32,996 bases of DNA from Octopus bimaculoides (lineage: Eukaryota). The position numbers and the translations under genes are program-made. The notes under the pieces are model-generated. The model was not told where the DNA came from. It was given only the letters and a program-made list of their open reading frames with translations, and ran no database searches. Numbering within the stretch: the first letter of the stretch is position 1; every line of letters begins with the position of its first letter. This document shows, piece after piece, positions 1-10,409 of the stretch. Location: assembly GCF_001194135.2 (NCBI RefSeq), contig NC_069002.1, positions 15,390,981 through 15,423,976 of the forward strand. Reading direction: 5' to 3'.

Positions 1-2
1 AT

Positions 3-45
<43 letters not shown>

Positions 46-135
46 CATACATACATACATATAAACATACATATATATACTTACATACATACATACATAT
101 ATACATTCATACATACATTATATGCACACACTTAC
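1..135. repeat. (TA)n/(TACA)n microsatellite
   Basis: Directly visible simple repeats. Confidence 0.95.
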
Positions 136-769
136 TCACAGCATGTTATAAATGCCCTGAAATATACATTCATTATAGAAATTGTAATACAAATACACGA
201 AAAAGAAATTTAAAATGTGAAAACAAAAAAACAAAAACAAAGGTTTTGTAAATACCTTGAGAAGACCCAAACAGCAGCCAGAGTATGAAACAAAACCACG
301 GTAGCGTGGTCAGCGTCATCGTCTCGCTGTACACCTATTTCGTCTGAACAGAAAATTCACCTGACTGTTTCTTTTATAGTCGTAACAGTTCGACCTGGAA
401 TAACACCTACCCAACAGGCGTTTCTCAAACACTGAATGGGTGCGGTTTGAATGGAAGATAATTGCCAAGCGATAGTAGACCGAGTTCATCAAGCAGGACA
501 TTAAACTGGATAGATTACATTGTGATTTTGGAGTACGATCTCTCCCCTTGTAATCCTTCTTTTCACACATTTCTTGCATGGTTGATTTAATTCAATAAGT
601 ACGATTTATATCATGTATTGAATTGAATAAGGAACAGTACTTCTCTGAATTAGAAAGTGTTATCGAGTTTGAATTAACTTGACTTTAGTTTTATCCCCTG
701 TTCTATTCTCGGGACCAGTATTTCGCTTCATTTTTCCGTGGAGGCAATGGAAACAATAATTCCTTATAG

Positions 770-960
770 GCGCACAAGACCAGACATGTTACAAGGAGAA
801 AACTGTCGACTACATGGACCCAAGAACTTGACTGGTATTTCATTTATCGACCCCGACTGGTTGAAAAATAAAGGGAACTTCAGAGGAATTTGAACTCAGA
901 ACATAAACAACAAAGATGACCAGATATTTTGTCTGATGCTATAAGGATTTTGCCAAACCA
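770..960 (-). mobile_element. tRNA-headed SINE, family B, diverged copy
   Basis: Aligns by eye to the reverse complement of the 11212-11420 copy (actggtatttcatttatcgacccc; ggaatttgaactcagaac). Confidence 0.7.
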
Positions 961-984
961 CAGCTCCGAAGTCAATACTTGTGA

Positions 985-1121
985 TTTAGGAACAAAGCCA
1001 GTAATTTTGAGGGGAGGGGGTAATTGATATTATTGAGGCCCATAGATGACTGGTGCGTTATTTTATCATCGTCAGAGAAATGAAAGGCAAAGTTGAGTTT
1101 AGTGGGATTTGAACTCAGAAT
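985..1121 (-). mobile_element. SINE family B, partial diverged copy
   Basis: gaaaggcaaagttgagtttagtgggatttgaactcagaa matches the family-B B-box region. Confidence 0.65.
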
Positions 1122-1151
1122 TTAAAGGGAATGAGGTAAACCGGAAGTATA

Positions 1152-2080
1152 GGGTCGGTGACGTCAATGGCTAAGGGTTCTTACCGGAAGAACAAGAGCG
1201 ATGAAAGTCACGTGAACGGAATCAGGACTAGTGTTGTCCTCTTTGGCTGTGTGCGGCGGTCGTCGGGGACGGACGTGTATTAGACACAGGGATTAGAGGG
1301 AATCTGCAGTTAGATCCTAGCGAGAAGTTAGGTCCTAGATAGGGTACCTACGGATACCAAACAACTGAAAACGATTGATGCTACGAGTGAAGAGGAGAGG
1401 CAGATCTTCTCACACACAACATAAAGAGCCCGGACAAATACCACAAAGCATATTGTCCGAGACATTAAGGATTCTGTTAAGCCGCTGCTCTTCCTTCTCG
1501 GAGGCTCTAAAAATGTTTATGGGCACTGGACCCAACTCCTGACCAACCCATTAAAAAGACCTTTTAATTGAGCCAGTGGCGTTGCATGATTTGCTAGCGA
1601 CCGGTGCAGGGAAGAAATTGCAGTGAGGGTGCGCGATATATATTTATCATTACAACTTCATTACTTTTCTTTTGAAGTGTTGAGCCCTTAAGAATTATGC
1701 GCTGAAGACAACCACAGGTTGAGGTCGGTAAAGAGCTTGCAAGATGCATTAAAACAATTGCCACTTTAGAGACATCAGAAACATAGAACTTGTTCAAATC
1801 TAATGACACGCAATGATTCTCCACCAATTTTTACAACTCATCCGCACGCATTTATTAGTTTCACTCAATGAAACGCACTCTCTCGCGCGCGCGCTCTTCA
1901 GTTACTTTTCATCAGTCGTACTCGGCCTTTAGTTTATACTTTTGCCTAAATTAACAAATCAACTATGGTGCTATGCGTGCAGATGAGTTGTTAAAATGGC
2001 GGACAATCATTGTGCATCATTAGATTTGAACAAGTCCTATGTTCCAGCTAAGAACCCTTAGCCGTTGACGTCACCGACCC
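1152..2080. mobile_element. MITE-like non-autonomous DNA transposon with long TIRs; left TIR interrupted
   Basis: 1152-1183 and 2049-2080 are inverted repeats matching at 31/32 nt. A second inverted pair (1782-1851 vs 1973-2041, about 70 bp) lies next to the right arm. No ORF and no clear TSD. Confidence 0.7.
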
Positions 2081-2114
2081 CCCATCAGGATTATGATGGC
2101 TTCCTTAGCAGCCA

Positions 2115-2323
2115 TACTCTTTTACTCTTTTACACTTTTACTATTTTACTTGCTTCAGTCATTTGACTGTGGCCATTCTGGAGCACCGCCTTTAGGGCAA
2201 ATCGACCCCAAGACTTATTCTTTGGATGCCTAGTACTTATTCTATCGTCTCTTTTGCCGAACCGCTAAGTTACGGGGACGTAAACACATCAGCATCGGTT
2301 GTCAAGCAATTTTGTGGGGACAA
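2115..2323 (-). mobile_element. SINE family A, 3' half
   Basis: Reverse complement of the 3' half of the 28815-29208 and 31815-32205 copies, with (TACTCTTT)n-type tail. Confidence 0.9.
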
Positions 2324-2681
2324 TGCTTTCTAATTGATGTATCAATACCAGCAAATGACAACGTTTCCCTAAAAGAAATGGAGAAACTTTCAAAATACAA
2401 AGACTTGGAAATAGAGATAACTCGAATGTGGAATCTAAAAACAGAAACAATTCCTATCATAGTAGGCGCCTTAGGTATGATAAAAATATATTCAGACAAA
2501 TACATAACAAAAACACCAGGACTTACAAATATATATAACATACAGAAAATTGCACTACTGGGCACTGCACACATTCTACGCAAAACACTTTCAATACAGT
2601 AACCATAAGAGCATCACAGCAAACCACAGCACATACCCAGGGCACACACTGAAAGCACGCTATAAAAGTAAAACTACTGAC

Positions 2682-2748
<67 letters not shown>
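2320..2748 (+). mobile_element. Dong/R4-clade LINE, 5'-truncated 3' end with (TAA)n tail
   Basis: CFLIDVSIP...EKLSKYKDL...PIIVGALG...ALLGTAHILRK is a restriction-like endonuclease (RLE) C-terminus. Same 3'UTR as 9508-10400. (TAA)n at 2682-2748. Confidence 0.88.
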
Positions 2749-2749
2749 T

Positions 2750-3740
2750 ACCGAATAACCGAATAGAGATTTGATTAAGCAAATTGAAACGGAAGGATAC
2801 AAGTACCTTCTTGTACTAGAGTTCAACGAGATAATGGAAAAGGAAATGAAAGAGCAACTGAAGATGGAGAGTTTCCGAAGACTGAGGTCGGTGTTGCGCT
2901 CAAACTTAACTGGATGGAATACAATCTAAGCAGTTAATACGTGGGCGATAGCATCACTTCGGTATGGAGCGGGAATTGTAAAATGGCAAAAGTGAGAAAT
3001 GAAGAAAAAGGTTGACAATACACGGAACCATTAACCCTAAGAGTGACACCGATACGCTGTACTTGTCCAGAAGAAAGGGCGAGAGAGGTTTGATCAGTTG
3101 CCAGGACTGCATCGAAGCAGAGGAAGACAGTTTAGGGTGGTATATAAAAAAATGCTGTGGAACCACTATTGAAATATATGGGGGAGAGGAGACCGGTGTT
3201 ATCAAAACTAAAAATTGTGTAAGTAAAGAAAAATTTAAATAAGAAACGAACAAAAAGAAAGAAAAATGTGGAAGGAAAAGAAAATGTACGGTGAGTTTGC
3301 AAGAGATGTGGACGCCAAGACAGATACAGAGGACCGGTAGCTATGAATGAGGAGGAGTGACCTGAAGATAGAGACAGAAGTACTCATATGCGCAGCTCAG
3401 GAACAAGCATTAAGGATCAATTATATGAAGTGCAGAATAAACAACACTACCGATAGCGACAAATTCAGAATGTGTGGTGAGAGGGGTGAAACGGTATGGC
3501 ACATCGTTAGCGAATGCCCGTAAATGGGAATACAAAATACGTCGTGACAATGTTGCAAGAATGATCCATTGGCAGCTCTGTGGAAACTACAGCCTACAAA
3601 GAGCAAAGACGTAGTATCGGCAAACTTCAGAAGGAGTCACCGAAAATGAGAATTGCAAAATCCTATTGGATGCAATAGTCCGGTGCGATCATCCAACCAG
3701 ACATCAGAAACCAGACATTTTTGTTCCAACAAAGCTTGTG
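2750..3740 (+). pseudogene. Dong/R4-clade LINE fragment (RT C-terminus, CCHC, start of RLE), second subfamily
   Basis: Recognisable blocks with stops and frameshifts: GYKYL, AVNTWA..LRYGAG, SDTDTLYLSRRKGERGL, AAQEQAL, RMCGERGETVWHIVSEC, KPDI. Confidence 0.85.
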
Positions 3741-3760
3741 ATAAAAAGAAATGATAATAA

Positions 3761-4181
3761 TGCAGTGATACAATGCCAGGAACTGGTTCTCATGACTTCT
3801 GATCTTAACTGATTAGAAGTGTTATCATGTACATGTTTTGTTTTGGTGTAAAATATTATGCTCAATACCACAGATTTGCTTGTCAGTTGTTTGACTGTAA
3901 CTAGTTGAGCATGTCCCTTGGTGGCTGACAACATGTGCATCTTTGATCACGAGCAGGAGTAGTGGGGGAGCATCATAGCCATGTGTTGAAAGGAATTCTT
4001 TGGGGTTTGAATAATTCACCCCTGGAAACATGGGCGTTTCGCTCAACATCCTTAAACAACCCTTATTCAGGGACTTTTGAGTGAGATAGGCTACTCGATC
4101 TGAAGAAAATTCTAACTGGGCCCCACCTGCAAGGTCATGCGCTGCTTATCTTGATATGAAATCACCATGTCGCACATATAT
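3761..4181 (+). repeat. Family X non-coding interspersed repeat; 3' end interrupted by a SINE
   Basis: Overlaps 9232-9465 in sequence and is the reverse complement of 5667-6051. Begins right after taataa. Confidence 0.85.
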
Positions 4182-4183
4182 GA

Positions 4184-4365
4184 CCTGAAATTTGGGAGAG
4201 GGTATAGTCGATTATATCGACCCCCGTACTCAACTGGTACTTATTTTATCCACCCCAAAAGGATAAAAGGTATAGTTGACCTCGGCGGAATTTGAACTCA
4301 GAACATAGCGACGGGCGAAATACCGCTAGGCATTACGTCTAGTGTGCTAAGGATTCTGCCAACTT
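4184..4365 (-). mobile_element. SINE family B
   Basis: gttgacctcggcggaatttgaactcagaac...ggcgaaataccgctaggcatt matches family B. Confidence 0.85.
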
Positions 4366-4449
4366 GTAACCTTAAATAATAATAATAATAACAACAACAA
4401 CAACAATTTCAAACCAACAAATATATGAAAATTTAAGAAAAAGTATAAT

Positions 4450-4600
4450 ATGAAATCTATGCTTGGCATTACTGAAACTATCAAGCAAAAGGTATTTGCT
4501 GAAGCTGCCCGCATAGCATGGTATGAAAAACGCGCTAGGTTCTCCAAGGACAACAGCATGTTTAGAAATAGTCCAAAAAATTTTCAGGAATCCAAAACTG
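4450..4600 (+). pseudogene. Dong/R4 LINE fragment from the region N-terminal to RT
   Basis: ETIKQKVFAEAARIAWYEKR..FSKDNSMFRNSPKNF resembles the R4/Dong pre-RT block. Follows a (TAA)/(CAA) run. Confidence 0.6.
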
Positions 4601-4753
4601 GAAGAAATTCAAAAAATAATGCTCATGGGAACTGCTCATATCCTAAGAAAAATATTGTCTATGTAACTCCAAAAACATTTCAATATGTAAACATTATCAA
4701 AGGTACTTTTAAAGGAACATAATAGCAAACACCTTTCTTACGATTACACTAAA

Positions 4754-4838
4754 ATCCAATTACTTTTAAAACATATCAAATTACTTTTATTATCAAATTA
4801 CTTTTATTATCAAATTACTTTTGAACCATCAAATTACA
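4754..4838. repeat. Short minisatellite, 17-bp unit ATCAAATTACTTTTATT
   Basis: About 4-5 imperfect tandem units. Confidence 0.8.
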
Positions 4839-4849
4839 TTCCTTCTGTC

Positions 4850-5667
4850 TCTATTTTGTTTTTGTTTTGACTTACAAAATCCATCAATTTACTGTTGCAC
4901 TTATTCACAACAGTGAAGTTGATGGATACATTTCGTCTGATGAGTATTCTCGATTTTGAAGTTCTGTAATTGTTTGTTTCTGTGTTCCTGTGATATCATG
5001 CTGTTGTTGATGATGTTGCTGTTGTTGTTGTTGTTGTTCGTGTTCTTGTTGATTTTATTGGAGTGGTTGTAAATTGTGTTTCAGTTGAGGTTCCTGTATA
5101 TCCTTTTCTTGATTTCTTGGAGTAGGGCTATGTACTCTCTTTCTCTTTCACTGCCCCCTTTTGTCACTGTGATCAATTGATCATTCAGATCTTCTTTCTC
5201 CATGTCATTGCAATTGATGTTGGTTTGGGAGGTAGGAGAAACTTGCTTTACTGTGGCAACCGAGGGCAGACGTCTTCTTTGTCTTGGTTTGGAAGTGGGT
5301 GTATGCGTGTGTGAGGGTGTAGGAGTCTTGAGCACTTTTCGTATCAAATTACATGAGTTTGCGTTTGTGGTGTTTCTGATGTTGACAACAGTAGGAGTTT
5401 AGCTTTTCTCGTTTCAGGGCAGAAAGCCTTTAAATGAGTTACAGATCCACATATGTGACATCTTGGTTTTCTACCCTCTGCAAGCACTGACTGGTGTATA
5501 CCATCCAGGAGATAAATTAAATCGGGTAGCAGGTCGATATGGTCCTGCTTACATTGTAAGGTTAGTTCCATTCCTATACCTGACAAGTTTTGCTTAGGTA
5601 TTTTCTTGACATCCAATATTGTAACTTCACCTTCTTTTAAACCTGCCAAGACAGCCGCCACTAACCA
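4850..5667 (-). pseudogene. Gag-like zinc-knuckle ORF1 fragment, probably L1/Tx1-type LINE
   Basis: ORF 5344-5697 contains VLAEGRKPRCHICGSVTHLKAFC (CX2CX4HX4C), followed by a low-complexity P/T/Q-rich tail. Confidence 0.6.
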
Positions 5668-6051
5668 GGAGACCTTATACCAAGATAAGCAGCACATGAC
5701 TTTGCAGGAGGGGCCCAGTCAGAATGCTCTTCAGGTTGAGTAGCCCATCCTGCTCAAACGGTCCCTGATTGAGGGTTGTTTAGGGATGTTGAATGAAACA
5801 ACCATGTTTCCAGAGGCGAAATATTTAAATCCCGAAGAATTCCTCTCAACACATGGCTATGATGCTCCACCACTACTCCTGCACATGATCAGAGATGCAC
5901 ATATCGTCAGCCACTATGGCTCAACTGGTTATGGTCAACCATCTGACAAGCAAAACTGTGGTATTGAGAAGAATATTTGCTGTAGCCCATCTTTTACACC
6001 CAGACAAAACATGTATATGATAATACTTCCAATCAGTTAAGATCAGAAGTT
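5667..6051 (-). repeat. Family X repeat, inverted and more diverged copy
   Basis: Reverse complement of about 3790-4170. Its 5' side abuts an (ATT)-rich run at 6053-6075. Confidence 0.85.
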
Positions 6052-6174
6052 GTATTATTATTCTGTTAATAATACCTGTAAGGAGATGCTTTATGTCGTC
6101 AGATAGTATCCTCCGTTGGTGGGTCAGCAGAGGTGGCCAAGTCACTGCTCCTTATCTCCTCCTGTCTTCCAACT

Positions 6175-6950
6175 TATTAAAGAATCTAACTCTTTTTCAT
6201 TCTTACTAAAAAGCTTCAGACCATCCATGTAGAACAAATTGTTAATTTTTCCCTTACTATTTCTGAACTGACACCCTGCCTTTGTCTTTCTTAATACTAA
6301 ACTGAGGGGGTTCAAATATAAAACAAATGTTAAAGGGACAACGAGTCCCCTGGAAAATTCCTCTTTTGATATTAAGAATATGTGAGTGTGTCACCCGAGT
6401 AGAGATTTACTTTCCATTTCTTCATGCTAAAGTTAATTAATTCTCTTATGTTGTCTGCTATACTGAACATACTCAAACATTCACTTATCCCTGAGTGTGG
6501 GATCGTGTCATAGGTCTTCCTATAATCTATCCATGCTATTGTTAGATTTTTCTTTCTAGCTTTTACTTCATTTAGAACTGCTTTGTCTATGCATAATAAA
6601 TAGAACTAGCCGTCTTCTGCAACACTTCTGTTTTTCTGTCATGTCAATGTCCTTGTAAATACTTTCTGAAAGCATACCTGTTAACAGCTTCCACAATAAT
6701 GTCAAGCAAGTGATTGGTCTATAATTGCTAGTTGTTTGACGCTTGCTTATATTTTTCATAAGAAGTATTGTTTTCCCCTCTAGCAATTCAATCTGGCATT
6801 ATTCCTCCATTCAGGCGATCCTCCTGTGTAAACTAATAAATTTCTTTACCCAGTCCCCTTGAACTGAATCTGAGCCCTTCCACTTCAGCATTTTTCCAAA
6901 CACTTTACTCATTCATGTACTAGTTAGTCTTAGATCTGGCTGCTTCTCAC
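6175..6950 (-). pseudogene. Dong/R4 LINE reverse transcriptase fragment
   Basis: WKGSDSVQGDW, NYRPITCL..LWKLLTG, AWIDYRKTYDTIPH, GDSLSP, LFYMDGLKL. Flanked by (ATT)n at about 6985-7021. Confidence 0.88.
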
Positions 6951-7074
6951 TTATTATTGCTGTTGTTGATATTGTTGTTGTCGCTGATGTAATTATTATT
7001 ATTATTAATATTATTATTATTTCAAAATTCCACAGAGATTGACTGTAATCGACTTACAGCGTTCCTTAAACTAG

Positions 7075-7170
7075 CTGGCCTTGTACCAAAATTTGAAATA
7101 ATAATTCCTTGTATATGTACAAGGCTTGAAGTTTGCAGAGAGGAGTTGATTTAATCAGTCCAAGTATAAG
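7075..7170. mobile_element. Two family-B SINE 3' tails, tail-to-tail
   Basis: ggccttgtaccaaaatttgaaat (+) followed closely by gtacaaggcttgaagttt...agttgatttaatc (-). Confidence 0.5.
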
Positions 7171-7749
7171 TATTTTTTTCTGCGTGTTATAAACCACTGC
7201 TGTAATTTCCATCAGCATTCCGTCGTCCGCCTGTTTCTTATTAAATACTTCTCATCTAACACCATCCCCTTGTACTTATAAGTCGGAGGTGCCTAGATTG
7301 CCATCGCGTTTTCGCTTTTCTGCCACACGACTACATCGTCTCGTACTGGTGATCTCTCGTCACCTTTTCTAGTTGTCTTTCAATGCGGTTCCTTCTTTTG
7401 GAGGACGTTTTCAACTTTTGTCTTTCATACTGATCTTTTAAAGTTTAGAAGCCTTTTTCAGTTTCTGTCTTCTACTTCCTGTGACAAAACGAAAGTACGA
7501 CGCAGCTGGCATTGCTTATGATTCAGGGTATCTGCTCGCTATTTTCTGAAACTGGGTAGGAGTTAACTCGCTCCACAGACACCGGAACTGTGATCTATTA
7601 TATTCTGGAAACTAGGGTCTGCTTCTGTCGTTGCTAATTCTGCTGCTTTGCACCACCTTGTGATTCTTCGATTTCACATATGTAGCAATTAGGCATTTTA
7701 TCCTACAACACAAGTCTCATGCCTTTTGTTTCTGCACCCATAACGGCAT

Positions 7750-7886
7750 GCAGCTTGGTCGGAGAAGAGCAAACGTGCGCAATCCCGAGCAGGTCTATCC
7801 ACGACAACCTCCACTTTATGCGACTCAACATAGAGAGGGCTGGGACTAAAGCTGGCTTCGGGGTTGCTTTGATCAATTTGGATCAA
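7750..7886 (+). pseudogene. L1/Tx1-type RT fragment
   Basis: LVGEEQTCAIPSRSIHDNLHFMR...ALINLDQ matches the Tx1/L1 RT pattern QT..PGRSI.DN...LDQ.KAFD and stops before KAFD. Confidence 0.7.
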
Positions 7887-8647
7887 CTGCAGCTCCAGTA
7901 TGATATTATGGATCCTGGAAGTCATTCGGACTTGCTAGTCCATTCTGCCTCCTCCTACGCATATCACCACGTTAATCACGTCACTATACTGTAATACAAA
8001 AGTGATAAAACAGGAGTTGCTGTCGTTTTTCAAATACTACTGCACAAATGTATGCACGGATGTGTGTCTTACAATTTTGACCAGCTTGGGGATGTATTTT
8101 TTACTCACCCTCCACAGAAGCAATACAGACACTTCAATAAACGCCATCGTACCTAACCGAGAAAACATCGACATGTAACGTCATGAAATGCTCCTCTTGG
8201 TTACTCTTTTGGGGGCACCTGAAAGCCTCAACCAGTTTTTTTTAATACAAACAAATGAGAATGCTATGACAGTTGTTGTACATATTGTTTAGTTAAACAG
8301 GCTTTTTAATATGACGTAATCCTGCCAAAGAGCCGTAATTTAAGTAAGTTCCCTATAAGCATAACCTACATTCACCTTGTCATGAGAGTGAAAATCATGC
8401 TATCTGTAATATTGACTTCTTGCTTGTTAAGCTGTTTTTTACATTTGATAAGAAAAGAATTTGTGTGTTTATATTGTTGTTGTTGTTGGTTTTTTTCTGT
8501 TACTGTCAAAAATGTCGACCAAGTAGAGTGACAGTATTAATAATGGCCATAAAAATATCGTGTTATTTTCTTTTTTTTCTTTTGTTAAACTGTGCGTGCT
8601 TACCCATTTGAAAACGTCAATTTTCTTTTGTTTGGCAAAAGTAATGC

Positions 8648-8685
<38 letters not shown>

Positions 8686-8944
8686 GGTGGGCGTTTCAGC
8701 TTGCTGTTGCTCTGTCATTGCTTAAATTATTTGAATAAGAAATACAATAAAGAACATAACGCCTGCAAATAGTAGCAAAAAAAAAAAATCTGCTTGTTCG
8801 AAAATCCCATGGAAAAAAAAATCACTTTGAAATCGGCAAAATGTCCGAATCATTGAATCTCTCAAGATCACACCTAAGGGTCATCTTGCCACAACATCAA
8901 GCAACAACAACAATGACAACAAAAACAATTGCTTCTAAAATAAG

Positions 8945-9158
8945 CACAAGCCAAGATGTTTGAATCATCGAAGGGGCCCATCGATCAAATCGGCATTAGC
9001 AATTGACCAATATTCAATTTTATAGACTTCCCCTTTCGAGTTGGTAGTGGATAAGAAGCGAAGCAAATCTTGACATGATTTGAACTCAGAGCGGAAAGAA
9101 CTGTAACGATACTGCAAGACATTTTGTCTGATTCTTAAACGATTCTTCGAATTCACCG
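8945..9158 (-). mobile_element. SINE family B, highly diverged
   Basis: gatttgaactcagagc...cattttgtctga...aacgattct matches the family-B head. Confidence 0.55.
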
Positions 9159-9192
9159 TCTTTATAATAATAGTAATAATAATAATAATAAC

Positions 9193-9231
<39 letters not shown>

Positions 9232-9232
<1 letters not shown>

Positions 9233-9465
9233 TTCAGGGATCTTTTGAGCGGAATGGGCTACTCGACCTGAAAAAAATTCTAACTGGGCCCCACCTGCGA
9301 GGTCATGCGCTGCTTATCTTGATATGAGATCACCATGTCACCCACACATGGTTGTGATGCATGTGTCTGGTGTACCCTTATCAGACGGGTAGTCATGATG
9401 CGTACACTGAGCTTTGTATATTTTACCCCAGTGTCACTTTGATGGTATGCACTGCTCTCTCACTC

Positions 9466-9507
<42 letters not shown>
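9232..9507 (+). repeat. Family X 3' end with (AAT)n tail
   Basis: Shares about 110 bp with 4066-4175, continues to gcactgctctctcactc then (AAT)n at 9466-9507. Preceded by (AAT)n at 9165-9231. Confidence 0.85.
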
Positions 9508-9508
<1 letters not shown>

Positions 9509-10400
9509 GGCTAAACTAAATGCAAAAGAAATAGACAGAGAAAAGTCCCAGCAATGGTTGAGAAGCTCAAGACTCAAAGCAGAGACTGAAGGATTTTTAA
9601 TTGCAGCTCAAGACCAAAGCCTTCCAACCAGAAATTAGCAAAAATATATAATGAAAAGAAACATAACAAGTAACTGCAGAATATGTGGCGATGGACAACA
9701 AACAACAAATCATATTATTTCTGGCTGCCCAGTCCTGGCTAAGAAGGAATATATTCACAGACACGACACAGCTGGGACCTACATACACTGGAAGCTATGC
9801 CATCACTATGGAATAACAACAGAAAAAAGATGGTATAGGCACACGCCAGAAAAGGTCACAGAAAACGAGAAAGCAACCATACTCTGGGATATGCCAATAC
9901 ACACAGATAGAGAAATTAAGGCCAATAGGCCAGATATAGTTGTGAGAGATCATGAAGAAAAAACAATGCTTTCTAATTGATGTATCAATACCAGCAGATG
10001 ACAACGTTTCCTGTAAAAGAAATGGAGAAACTTTCAAAATACAAAGACCTGGAAATAGAGGTAACTCGAATGTAGAATCTAAAAACAGAAACAATTCCTA
10101 TGATAGTAGGCGCATTAGGAATGATAAAAAAATATTCAGACAAATACATAACAAAAACTTCAGGACTTACAAATATATATAACATACAGAAAATTGCACT
10201 ACTGGGCACTGCACACATCCTACGCAAAACACTTTCAATACAGTAACCATAAGAGCATCACAACAAACCACAGCACATACCCAAGGCACACAGAGCTGCG
10301 CTCGGTAGTGAAGTGAAAGCACGCTATAAAAATAAAACTACTGAATACTACTACTACTACTATTACTACTACTACTACTACTAATAATAATAATAATAAC
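9508..10400 (+). mobile_element. Dong/R4 LINE, 5'-truncated, with 3'UTR and (TAC)n(TAA)n tail
   Basis: LKAETEGFLIAAQDQSL, CRICGDGQQTTNHIISGC (CCHC), EYIHRHD, RPDIV, LIDVSIP (PD-D/E-xK RLE). 3' end is near-identical to 2324-2680. Confidence 0.92.
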
Positions 10401-10409
10401 GACAATAAA

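Noticed and set aside
3825-4049. Similar ORFs at 3825-4049 (-) and 5786-6040 (+) suggesting a conserved small protein
   Set aside because: Both are antisense readings of family-X copies. Similarity reflects repeat homology, and the frames diverge.
4754-4838. CRISPR-like or regulatory array
   Set aside because: Head-to-tail units without unique spacers in eukaryotic DNA; an ordinary minisatellite.
4925-4965. CTGATGAG motif as a hammerhead
   Set aside because: No GAAA after the short hairpin and no stem I or III pairing.
7270-7700. Possible LTR retrotransposon fragment on the minus strand
   Set aside because: No recognisable motif could be read in any frame.
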